NCBI GenBank assembly: GCA_002269645.1
Contig: NIVC01000280.1
Coordinates: forward strand, 658,768-722,767
Length of the DNA stretch: 64,000 bases
Direction: 5' to 3'
Origin: Macrostomum lignano
Taxonomy: Eukaryota
The position numbers and the translations under genes were made by a program. Under the pieces are notes generated by a model that made no database searches, was not told the origin of the DNA, and saw nothing but the letters and a program-made list of their open reading frames with translations. Shown here piece by piece: positions 43,801 through 54,756 of the stretch (position 1 is its first letter; every line of letters begins with the position of its first letter).

Positions 43801-44761
43801 TGGCGTCCTAGTAGCCAAAATGGCACCCTAGTAACCAAAATGGCGTCCTAGTAGCCAAAATGGCACCCTAGTAACCAAAATGGCATCTCAGTAGCCAAAA
43901 TGGCACCCTAGTAGCCAAAGTTGCGCCTCAGCAGCCGTTTGGTTACCATAGTAACTTATTTAAAATGCATCTATGTTATAATTTATACGCCCTGCCCCTC
44001 AGGTGCTCTCGTCTCCAAGCGGCCTTGCCGACATCATCAAAGCTGTCCGGTCTCAACAGCACCATCACCACCAGCATCAGCAGCAGCAGCAGCAGACCTC
44101 CTGTCCATCCTCCAGCTCCTCGTCCGCTCCGTCCAGGCCGCCGGCAGTCACATTGGCCTCCATCGATCAGCTGAAGCTTCATCATCAGTCCCAGCAGCAG
44201 CACCAGCAGCCAGTCAGCGCCGACCTTCGCCCGCTGGTGCCGAAGCTGCCCCGCATTCCCGTCCGTCTCAACCTGACGCTGCCACCGCCGGCGCCCTGTC
44301 GGCACGCCATCGAGGCCGAGAACGCCGCGGCCGCCGCCGCTGCCAGGGAGTCTCGCCGGGCTGCCGGGCCGCTGCGAATCTCGCCGAAGCGATCGCCGCC
44401 AGGCGCCTCCGCGCCCGCCTCCTCTGCTGATCCGCCGGCGCCGCAGCCTCCGCCAGCCAAGCGAATCGTGCTGGACAGCCGGGCCGCGGTCAGCGCCGCC
44501 ACATTCAGCGAGCTGCTAGCGGCCACTCAGCACGAGAAGGTCGGCCCGTGCACTCGGGTGGTGCTGACTGGCCAGAGCGGCGGCGGCGGCGGCTCGCGGG
44601 TTCATTACGTCCGCTCGACGCTTCTCCCGCCTCAGCGACCGCCTCCTCCTGCGCAATCGTCAGCAGCCATGACCTCATTGAACTCTCAGAGATTCGTGAC
44701 TTCGGCTCCGCTACGTGTAACTACCCTGGCTAGATCTAATAGAGTTGATCAGAATGCTTGA
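37891..44761 (+). CDS. E2F7/8: Divergent atypical E2F (E2F7/E2F8-like, two tandem winged-helix DNA-binding domains), about 857 aa, 5 exons
   Basis: Exons 37891-38682, 39212-39454, 39829-40364, 40906-41149 and 44003-44761 total 2574 nt, phases 0,0,2,0. DBD1 SRRQLADACSVLSGAGVARK..QYLWYGRRYL aligns with ERRRIYDIVNVLESL..RYTWHGRHNL. DBD2 ALYRLCQAVLKLLL..LSLD..Q|ARRIGDVAGVLVGFGL aligns with SLRVMSQKFVMLFL..IRRLYDIANVLSSLDL. The long tail is low-complexity. Reference sequences were recalled from memory. Confidence 0.75.
38835..39180. repeat. About 61-bp AT-rich tandem repeat in E2F7/8-like intron 1
   Basis: About 6 diverged units sharing tagcgtag..taatgctaatatttcagctgttctacta. Confidence 0.85.
39455..39785. 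repeat. About 27-bp minisatellite in E2F7/8-like intron 2
   Basis: Unit gggatgggttgggataatgggagatgt, starting at the splice donor. Confidence 0.93.
40412..40887. repeat. 30-bp minisatellite in E2F7/8-like intron 3
   Basis: Unit cccagactggcttcactaatctc(c/a)cagatc; the c/a variants alternate, giving a 60-bp dimer. Confidence 0.97.
41221..43919. repeat. 20-bp satellite, about 135 copies, with higher-order repeat structure in E2F7/8-like intron 4
   Basis: Invariant aaaatggc core plus a variable 12-mer. 280-bp blocks start at 41501, 41781, 42061, 42341, 42621 and 42901. Confidence 0.99.
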
Positions 44762-44874
44762 CGTTTTTCAGGAAATTCCCTTTTTGTCAGTTCATTCTTT
44801 CTTTCTTTCTTTCTAATCGTGCAATTTTTTCTGCGTCACGAGTATTTGTCAATGGGTCAATATAGTCAGAGCGT

Positions 44875-45258
44875 CTGGGGTGGGTGAGAGTCAGAGAGTG
44901 GTTGGGGTGGGTGAGTCAGAGAGTGGTTGGGGTGGGTGAGAGTCAGAGAGTGGTTGGGGTGGGTGAGTCAGAGAGTGGTTGGGGTGGGTGAGAGTCAGAG
45001 AGTGGTTGGGGTGGGTGAGAGTCAGAGAGTGGTTGGGGTGGGTGAGAGTCAGAGAGTGGTTGGGGTGGGTGAGAGTCAGAGAGTGGTTGGGGTGGGTGAG
45101 AGTCAGAGAGTGGTTGGGGTGGGTGAGAGTCAGAGTGTTTGGGGTGGGTGAGAGTCAGAGTGTTTGGGGTGGGTGAGAGTCAGAGTGTTTGGGGTGGGTG
45201 AGAGTCAGAGTGTTTAGGGTGGGTGAGAGTCAGAGAGTGGTTGGGGTGGGTGAGAGTC
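44875..45258. repeat. 27-bp G-rich minisatellite downstream of the E2F7/8-like stop codon
   Basis: Unit ggggtgggtgagagtcagagagtggtt. Confidence 0.96.
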
Positions 45259-45692
45259 ACCATGGCTCGTGGGCGAGAGTCAGGGACCACTCATGGGTGA
45301 GTAGTTGAGAGTCAGACAGCTGCGGTGTCAGCCCGGTGGATCCTCAGCAACGCCAGGTCAGGTCGCGCAGTGCTTTCCTGTAAACTGCTTTATCGCAGAG
45401 CAAAGCATCTTAGCATTAAGATTTCCACAATTTGTTTCCTGCAGTTTGGGGAATTTCTTTGCTTTTTATTCGCTAAAATATTTTATACCATCACGCTAGA
45501 GTACAATACATGATTGCATTGCATTGTGGAAACTTTTTTACATATTGTTTATGTTCAATAAATATTGCTGCATCCTCTTTTGCACTGGCTGGCGCTTTTG
45601 TAGAAATTTTTTTAGTTTTTGTCTTTCAATTTTTACTCGTCTCTTTCTGTGAAATAAGTTCCCCTTCCTAACTCTGTGATTACTTTAAAAGC

Positions 45693-46146
45693 CATTTCCC
45701 AATTCCCAATGTCCATTTCCCGATTCCCAATGTCCATTTCCCGATTCCCAATGTCTATTTCCCGATTCCCAATGTCCATTTCCCGATTCCCAATGTCTAT
45801 TTCCCGATTCCCAATGTCTATTTCCCGATTCCCAATGTCCATTTCCCGATTCCCAATGTCTATTTCCCGATTCCCAATGTCCATTTCCCGATTCTCAATG
45901 TCTATTTCCCGATTCCCAATGTCTATTTCCCGATTCCCAATGTCTATTTCCCGATTCCCAATGTCCATTTCCCGATTCGCAATGTCCATTTCCCGATTCC
46001 CAATGTCTATTTCCCGATTCGCAATGTCCATTTCCCGATTCCCAATGTCTATTTCCCGATTCGCAATGTCCATTTCCCGATTCCCAATGTCCATTTCCCG
46101 ATTCCCAATGTCTATTTCCCGATCCCCAATGTCTATTTCCCGATTC
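45693..46146. repeat. 21-bp minisatellite (ttcccgattcccaatgtccat)
   Basis: About 21 copies; gives the REIDIGN and PMSISRF ORFs. Confidence 0.97.
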
Positions 46147-47072
46147 CAAAAGACCATTTCCTAATCCCTAATCACGAACTGGCATGGGAGCATGTCCTTG
46201 ATTTGCATCGCTGATAGGAACTATCGAGATTCAAAACCAGCCGTACATGCTCAACAACACTCACAGGGTCCTGGCACTGAATCCTGAGTCCTTTAAGAGT
46301 CCCACAAATCCCAAACTCAAAAGGCCTGAAGTGTCTGAAATGCCAATAGTTTTCCTACTTAGGTACTGAGAATCTGCATTGACATTTGGGGATTTGGATT
46401 GAAAAAAGCAACAATTCTCTGAAGCTCCTGAATAGAGAATGCAACACCTGCTGGCTTGATTGACAGCTGCGAGCTGACAAGGACAGCATTGGAGAGCTTG
46501 TAAGCCATTAGCAATGTACCCTTTAATATCCCCAGCGCCTCGCAGTTGAACCATTTAATTAACCTGCGCGAGAGAGTCCTAACTATTAAATCGGTAGGGG
46601 CTCCTTGTAATTTCAGCAGATTGACAGTTTGGGGGGGGGGGCCCTCAACAATTACAGGCCAGCATGCGGGTTATCAAAATATTGTCTTATTGCGGCACCG
46701 CCCGCAACCCGCTGAGCTGCTGATATGCAAAAGTGAAAGTGAGGGACTGGGGGGGGGGGCAGTGAGAGAAGTTTCTGCAGCTGCCTCTGCTTTGCTGGGT
46801 GGAACAGCCGGGGGTTGGTAGGAGCTAGAAAATAAAAAGAAAGCTGGAGTTTGGGATGCGCGTGGGGACGGACAGAGCGCGTGTCTCGCCAACACTCTAC
46901 CGATGATTGGACGAGAGCTAAATAGGGATAATCGAGCGATAAGGGAATAAAATGGATAGAGAGACACAGGTGTACAGGGCCAAGCAGCGAGCATATAGAA
47001 GCTGCTCAGGCTTGGGGCGAGAGACGAGTTTCTCCAGTTGCTATTAGGCGCCTCTGGCACTCGGTAATTGGC

Positions 47073-47603
47073 ATGCAGCCAGCCGGAGTCCTTAGCCCCA
47101 TGGAGGCGCTGCTGGTGCTGGAGCGCCGGGTCTCCGGCAGCGCCCAGCTGCACGACGCCTTTGCCAATCCGTGCTGCATCAGGCAGCGGATTCGGCAGCT
47201 GACCCGGTGCCAAAGCCGGGCGCAGTACGAGGCCTGGGAGCGGGACGGCCTGGCCGAGTCTTCTTGCCCAGCTCAGCCTCCACAGCAGCGGCCGCAGCCA
47301 CCCGACCTACTAACTCCAGCAATCGTTGTCATGGCAACTGCAGCGACTCCGCCAACGTCGGTGTCGAATCGGGCGAGCCCGGACGACAGCAGCAGCGAGA
47401 CGAGCTCCCAGCGGGAGGCCGACATCCAGCGGGCAGCGGAAGAGCCCAATGGGAGACTCAACAGCGCTGGGAGCTGCGGAAACAGACACCCTCGGCTGGT
47501 CCGGCCGCCCAGGACTTTCTGCATCCCGCTAATCCGGGAGCAGCAACAGCAGCAACAGCGGCAGCAGCAGCAGCAACAGCAGCGGCAGTGGTCAAACGGT
47601 TGA
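47073..47603 (+). CDS. Uncharacterised intronless protein, 176 aa
   Basis: GC-rich ATG ORF with codon usage like neighbouring exons. TATA-like catatagaa at about 46992, ATTGG at about 46907 and AATAAA at about 47633. Ordered-looking N-terminal 60 aa, then an S/P/Q-rich tail ending in poly-Q. No family recognised. Confidence 0.6.
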   Translation: MQPAGVLSPMEALLVLERRVSGSAQLHDAFANPCCIRQRIRQLTRCQSRAQYEAWERDGLAESSCPAQPPQQRPQPPDLLTPAIVVMATAATPPTSVSNRASPDDSSSETSSQREADIQRAAEEPNGRLNSAGSCGNRHPRLVRPPRTFCIPLIREQQQQQQRQQQQQQQRQWSNG

Positions 47604-47650
47604 TGCTGGTCCTTTGATGCAGAGGATTCTTAAATAAATCTAGCATCCCT

Positions 47651-48905
47651 GGAACCGAATCAAGTCACTATGGAACCCAATCACGTCACTATGGAACCCA
47701 ATCAGGTCACTATGGAACCCAATCAAGTCACTATGGAACCCAATCACGTCACTATGGAACCCAATCAGGTCACTATGGAACCCAATCACGTCACTATGGA
47801 ACCCAATCACGTCACTATGGAACCCAATCAGGTCACTATGGAACCCAAGAAAGTGACTATGGAACCCAATCCAGTGTCTTTATGGAACCCAATCCAGTGT
47901 CTTATGGAACCCAATCAAGCGTCCTTATGGAACCCAATCAAGTGTCCTTATGGAACCCAATCAAGTGTCCTTATGGAACCCAATCAAGTGTCCTTATGGA
48001 ACCCAATCAAGTGTCTTTATGGAACCCAATCAAGTGTCCTATGGAACCCAATCCAGTGTCTTTATGGAACCCAATCCAGTGTCTTATGGAACCCAATCCA
48101 GTGTCTTTATGGAACCCAATCCAGTGTCTTATGGAACCCAATCAAGTGTCCCTTATGGAACCCAATCAAGTATCTTTATGGAACCCAATCAAGTGTCTTT
48201 ATGGAACCCAATCAAGTATCTTTATGGAACCCAATCAAGTATCTTTATGGAACCCAATCAAGTGTCTTTATGGAACCCAATCAAGTGTCCTTATGGAACC
48301 AATCAAGTGTCTTTATGGAACCCAATCCAGTGTCTTTATGGAACCCAATCCAGTGTCTTATGGAACCCAATCAAGCGTCCTTATGGAACCCAATCAAGTG
48401 TCCTTATGGAACCCAATCAAGTGTCCTTATGGAACCCAATCAAGTGTCTTTATGGAACCCAATCAAGTATCTTTATGGAACCCAATCAAGTGTCTTTATG
48501 GAACCCAATCAAGTATCTTTATGGAACCCAATCAAGTATCTTTATGGAACCCAATCAAGTGTCCTTATGGAACCCAATCAAGTGTCCTTATGAAACCAAT
48601 CAAGTGTCTTTATGGAACCCAATCCAGTGTCTTTATGGAACCCAATCCAGTGTCCTATGGAACCCAATCAAGCGTCCTTATGGAACCCAATCAAGTGTCC
48701 TTATGGAACCCAATCAAGTGTCCTTATGGAACCCAATCAAGTGTCCTTATGGAACCCAATCAAGTGTCTTTATGGAACCCAATCAAGTATCGTTATGGAA
48801 CCCAATCAAGTGTCCTTATGGAACCCAATCCAGTGTCTTTATGAAACCCAATCAAGTCACTATGGAACCCATGCTAGTATCCCTGGAACTCAACCAAGTT
48901 ACCAT
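47651..48905. repeat. 21-23-bp minisatellite (atggaacccaatcaagtgtcctt)
   Basis: More than 50 units. 21-bp variants at both ends and about 23-bp variants in the middle. Confidence 0.98.
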
Positions 48906-49410
48906 GGAAGCAATGCTATATGTATATTAAATTTCAATTTAATTCTCAAATTTGGGATACCTATATTTGTTTCACAGTATCATAAGCCACGACTTCCATT
49001 CCCTTCTGATTAAACTGTCTGCGCTGTCTTGCTAATATGTCAGTTGAAATTTGCATTGAAACGCATTGAAATAAACACCAGATGTTGGTCATTAACAGTA
49101 AATGACAGGTAGAAGAAAGAAGTTCAAATTGGCGCCGAGCTCCATTTCTTGATCAATTTATTCGCCTCTCAATTTTAAAGTTGGTCAAGTACATGTATAA
49201 AAACTATCTTGAAGTTGAAGCTATGGAGGGATGCACGAAGTTAGCGATCTCTGGAATATTAATACTTCTCTGTACACACAGGGGCGGCGCACCGAGCCAT
49301 TCGAGTACAGCATGACCTGCTCAACTATTTAGAAAGCGGGGCGAGGGTGAAGAAAGTGACCAGTTCAATTGGTTCGGCCGGCGGGGTCAGTCAGGGCCGC
49401 CAGCTGTCTG

Positions 49411-52400
49411 TCAGTCACCGTTAACAGCGGGACTGTCGGCCTCTCCAAAGTCTGAAATGCGGTGACAGGCAGTCACTCATGAACGAATTCATGCACTCAA
49501 ATCAAACATACGCATGAACTCATAAAATTTATCATCTCACTCACCCACCCTCTCATTCAATCACCCACTCAATAATTCACTCACCCACCCACCCACTCTC
49601 TCACTCACTCACTTACTCACTCAATCCCTCACTCACTCACTCACTCCCTCAGTCACTCACTCACTCACTCACTCACTCCCTCACTCACTCCCTCACTCAC
49701 TCCCTCCCTCACTCACTCACTCCCTCCCTCACTCACTCACTCACTCACTCACTCACTCACTCACTCACTCACTCACTCACTCACTCACTCACTCACCCTC
49801 TGCCTCGTTGACATCAAGCTGGAGTGAGCCGGCAGATTTCTGGCCATTCCTATCACCGGCAGTCCCGGAAATCAGGTTCTCCTTCACCAGGTTGTGCAGC
49901 AGGCATTTGTACACGAAGGCGAGCTGGCTCTGCGCAGCAAATTGAAATGTAAAAATCATAATTCATAAATCATGTGAACCCACGGTTTGCAAATAATCTT
50001 TTACAGGTGGGTTTGAAATCTTTTTGAAAGTTTTTAAACCTCCAACCTAAAAAAGCCTACACTGCCTACTTACCGAACAGTAGCTATAAGTAGCATGATA
50101 CGAATCAACCGATATAGAAATGTTCATTGAATTAAAAAGCAACATTGACAAATAGCACCACTCTGAATCCGCAGTGAGTAGACCGTCCTCTTTTAAGTGG
50201 GCCGAAAAAGCCCCCCCCCCCACAGGATCAAGTGTGGGGTCAGCTAGGGACATCCGCAGGGCCTTTGCGATCCAGGGCAGGGAGCGATCAACAAATATAG
50301 CTAAAAACTAGGAAAGCCTCCTCTCGATGCTCGCTCGATCTCTGCCTCCCTAAAGCGAACACAGTAATTGCGGGACCGCCCGCCAGGCCAGAGCTGAGAG
50401 ATGTGAAAGCTCGTGCTGGCAATTATGGGGGCCTGGCGGGGGTTGGGGTCTCCGCTTCCCTATTCCCAGTGGTGTTACATGCCGCTCATGTACGAAACAA
50501 TGCAATATGAGTCCGATAAAATTGCCTATGTTCCTAACCGAACGAACTTACAAGTTCAAATTTGCAGGATTTTTAAAGCGAGAGGCTGAAACTGTTGTTA
50601 AGGTTTTAAAGAGCAAATTTAATCAATATTGCGTAGACTATGGCCAAGGCCAGTCGTCTATGACCAAGGCTAGTTGTCTTTGACCAAGGCCAGTTGTCTA
50701 TGGCCAAGGCTAGCTGTCTATGGCCAAGGCCAGTTGTCTATGGCCAAAGCCAGCTGTCTATGGCCAAGGCCAGCTGTCTATGGCCAAGGCCAGCTGACTA
50801 TGGCCAAGGCCAGCTGTCTATGGCCAAGGCTAGCTGTCTATGGCCAAGGCCAGTTGTCTATGGCCAAGGCCAGTTGTCTATGGCCAAGGCCAGTTGTCTA
50901 TGGCCAAGGCTAGCTGTCTATGGCCAAGGCCAGCTATCTATGGCCCAGGCTAGCTGTCTATGGCCAAGGCCAGCTATCTATGGCCCAGGCTAGCTGTCTA
51001 TGGCCAAGGCCAGCTATCTATGGCCCAGGCTAGCTGTCTATGGCCAAGGCCAGCTGTCTATGGCCAAGGCCAGCTATCTATGGCCAAGGCCAGTTGTCTA
51101 TGGCCAAGGCCAGTTGTCTATGGCCAAGGCTAGCTGTCTATGGCCCAGGCTACGTACCCTGCTGTGCACCATGCCCGGCCGGCTCAGCCTCAGCCCGACA
51201 ACGGCGGCCGGCACGTCCACTTGCTGGCTGGCGCGCACTCCGTCAATGCTGAAGGACAGCAGGCAGAGCAGGACGCCGGTCCGGCCGACGCCGCTGTCGC
51301 AGTGGACGACGGTCGGCCAGTCCGGCCTGGCGGTGGCGCCCACCTCAGCGGCAAAGCGGCAGAAGCCGGCAGGGTCTAGGCCGGACCAGTCCGCCGACAG
51401 CGGCAGGCCCAAATACTGCAGGTGGCGAAGCCGGCGGGTCTCGCTGGAGTCGCCGGTCACGGACACTGTCAGCTCACGGCGGATCAGGTTTCCGTCGTCT
51501 AGCGTCTCCTCAGTTTCCATAGCAACTGTGTACTGGCCGTAGCAGACGCTGGTCCCAGTCTCGTCCGGCCAGTATTTGGCGCAGGCGCTCCGGCCTTGTT
51601 CAACACAGTCCGTTACCATGGCAACTAGGCGAACCCCGGACTCCCAGATCATCTGCCAATGCTGGCCGAGCGTCTCCTGCAGAGGTCCTTGGCAGGCGAT
51701 GTACCGGCGATTGGACACTCGAAGAGGGCTAGCGTTGACGTAGTCGGACGGGGCCCTGGTCAGCCGCAGCAGCGGGTCCTCGCAGCCGCCGCCTTCGTCG
51801 GAGTCCGCCTCATCGAGATTTTCCTCAGAATCCTCGTCGAAATCTGGCATGTCGGCCGAGGGTTTCGGCAGCGACAGTTTGACCCGGTTCGAGTCGTAGG
51901 GCAGCACGTTGGTGTAGCGGTTCTTCAGGGTGTTGCGCAGGCTCTGGCCGCATTCTACACTGAAGATGAGGCGCTCGCAGTTCGAGCCGATGAGGTTCAG
52001 CCGCTCCAGCTGCTTTTCCAGCTCCTCCTCTCCCTCCTTCGTCTGCAGCAGCCGTCTGGCGTGGTCAGCGAATCCGCTGAGCTGGATGGAGGTGCGGCTG
52101 GCGGAGGCGCGACGGGTGGGGAGTTATAGAGGGGTTTCAAGAGAGTTCGGGATCTAATGGAGAGTTGAAAGGGAGATCTGGTGGGGATCTGAGAGGGGGA
52201 TCTAGTTTGATCTGAGATGGGGATCTAGTGGGATCTGAGAGGGAGATCTAGTGGGATCTGAGAGGGGGATCTAGTGGGATCTGAGAGGGAGATCTAGTGG
52301 GATCTAAGAGGGAGATCTAGTGGGATCTGAGAGGGAGATCTAGTGGGATCTGAGAGGGGGATCTAGTGGGATCTGAGAGGGAGATCTAGTGGGATCTGAG

Positions 52401-53900
52401 AGGGGGATCTAGTGGGATCTGAGAGGGAGGTCTAGTGGGATCTGAGAGGGAGATCTAGTGGGATCTGAAAGGGAGATCTAGTGGGATCTGAGAGGGAGAT
52501 CCAGTGGGATCTAAGAGGGAGGTCTAGTAAGATCTGAGAGGGAGATCTAGTGGGATCTGAGAGGGGGATCTAGTGGGATCTGAGAGGGAGATATAGTGGG
52601 ATCTGAGAGGGAGATATAGTGGGGATCTGAGAGGGGGATCTAGTGGGATCTGAGAGGGGGATCTGGTGTGCTCTGAGAGGGGGATCTAGAGGGATCTGAG
52701 ATGGAGGTCTAGTGGGATCTGAGAGGGAGATCTAGTGGGATCTGAGAGGGAGATCTAGTGGGATCCGAAAGGGAGGTCTAGTGGGGATGAGCAAGATCTA
52801 GCAAAGTTAAGAGGATTTCCACCCCCATGCGTCCCCCTTCTCCCGCAGCTTGCAGCCTATACATGTACGCGAGAGCAAGTTTAAACCCCAGATATTTTTA
52901 TTCGCCAAAAAATTTCTTCCTTATCGCAGCTAATTTCCTTCCTGAAGCAGAAATTTAATTGTGTTCTCAATTTAATTGCCAGAAGCAGCTTCCCCGGTGC
53001 TTAGCGGTAGACGAACAAGTCATTCCTTTTTTCTTTCTCCAAGCATCAGAGAGGCTCGCATTTAATTGCATCCCTATTCCTTCTGGCGAGCGCAAGCAGG
53101 TCTTGAGATTTCTGCTTCTTAGGGTTAGGGTTAAGGGCTATGGCTAAGGGTTAGGAGTTGTACGAGCATGTTTGAGCCATTACGAATTTGATCTGGAGTG
53201 ACTGGAAGACTGTCTGATTATTTTTGCTCATTTTTATTACTCATGGACGTCACTTCCTCCTTACTGCTTAATCCAGCCTCCAACCCACTGCTTCCATCCT
53301 TTATCCTACTGCTTCCATCCTTTATCCTACTGCTTCCATCCTTTATCCTACTGCTTCCATCCTTTATCCTACTGCTTCCATCCTTTATCCTACTGCTTCC
53401 ATCCTTTATCCTACTGCTTCCATCCTTTATCCTACTGCTTCCATCCTTTATCCTACTGCTTCCATCCTTTATCCTACTGCTTCCATCCTTTATCCTACTG
53501 CTTCCATCCTTTATCCTACTGCTTCCATCCTTTATCCTACTGCTTCCATCCTTTATCCTACTGCTTCCATCCTTTATCCTACTGCTTCCATCCTTTATCT
53601 CATTGCTTCCATCCTTTATCCTACTGCTTCCATCCTTTATCCTATTGCTTCCACCCTCCAATCCACTGCTTCCACCCTCCAACCCACTGCTTCCACCCTT
53701 TATCCCATTGCTTGCATCCTTTATCCCATTGCTTCCATCCTCCAACCCACAGCTGCAGGCGCCCACAATCCTGGCTACTCCCGAGCCCGCGCTCACCTTT
53801 TCCGCTTGCCCCTCTTGCCGCCGGGTGTCAGCAGCTTCTTCACCCTCAGCTCCACAGAATCCTCAATATCCTCGGCAGAGGCCGACGCGCAGTTCCCCAT
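49411..53900 (-). CDS. Classical PTP-domain protein (PTPN14/21/Pez-like C terminus) with an N-terminal MGNCAS lipidation motif; probable pseudophosphatase, 405 aa, 4 exons
   Basis: Exons 53900-53797, 52097-51158, 49929-49797 and 49451-49411 total 1218 nt, phases 2,0,1. PTP motifs KNRYTNVLPYD, DYVNAS, YIACQGP, WQMIWE, CAKYWP, VHCDSGVGRTG and RPGMVHSRSQLAFVY. Confidence 0.9.
49545..49796. repeat. (TCAC)n / (GTGA)n microsatellite starting at the PTP intron 3 donor
   Basis: On the gene strand the intron begins gtgagtgagtgagt... Confidence 0.97.
50637..51150. repeat. 20-bp minisatellite in PTP intron 2
   Basis: Unit tggccaaggccagctgtcta, abutting the donor at 51157. Confidence 0.97.
52170..52798. 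repeat. 23-bp minisatellite in PTP intron 1
   Basis: Unit gatctagtgggatctgagaggga. Confidence 0.97.
53285..53745. repeat. 21-bp minisatellite in PTP intron 1
   Basis: Unit ctgcttccatcctttatccta; gives the LLPSFIL and RIKDGSS ORFs. Confidence 0.97.
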
Positions 53901-54756
53901 GCCGCCTTCGTCTGGCCCGCTCGGTCGGGTGCTTTTGTCTCCGCTTCGGAGCACAGAAGGCCGCGTACTCTGCGCTCGCGTCTATCAAGCTGCTAGCAGG
54001 ATTTCTTGCGGAGAGAGAGAGAGAGAGAGAAGCAGAGGAACAGGCGGGTCAGGTACGCGGCGGTTAATTGAGCCGCAGATAGGTCAATCAGAGTCGGCCG
54101 CGGCCTAGACAGCGAATTAAGACTTTGTACTGGCAGATAAGGACTCGAATTTGGCTGTCTTAATGGCTCTGTATGCCTGGCAGGGGGGGGGAGGGAGGCA
54201 CTGAGCTGATAAACTGAGCACGTCTGCACGGGACACCCTCACGAGGGACCCCACCGGATTGGCCCCCGCAGCCCCACAGCCGATTTTGCCGCTTTTACCC
54301 TCGAGAAGCAGAACGAGCCAGAACGAGGCTCTCACTGCGAACTCTGACGGAAACACAGAATTTGTTTCAAACCACCACATTTTCCCCCAGCACCTCACCC
54401 AATTCCCATGCATGGGAGCGGCAGCTAGGGATGCGGAAAACACCCGAGGAACCGGGCCCACTAACGCTTTCAGTTCGTTTCGAACGCTTTGCTTTCGACT
54501 AAAAATGATAGCAATACGTATTTTTAAACTCGATTCGAATATCCCATCCGACAAACACTTGTTTACATTTTTTTCGCTCGCTTATTAATTTGAGCCATGC
54601 TGCAGCTGCGGGAGCTTAAAGAGGCCACTTGGACCGAGCAGTCTGGGGGACCCGCATCTGCAACCATTCAAGCAATTAGTTAATCAGCAGCGCTAGCACC
54701 CGCGCCTCGGGTGCAGAGCCTGCCTGCATCTGCCTACGCATCCTTCAACCTGCCCC

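Noticed and set aside
47670-48930. Three overlapping ORFs of more than 300 aa
   Set aside because: All are frames of one minisatellite with frame-shifting unit lengths; the array lies after the AATAAA of the upstream ORF.
53198-54067. 289-aa plus-strand ORF (LLPSFIL)n
   Set aside because: Intronic 21-bp array plus antisense overlap with PTP exon 1.
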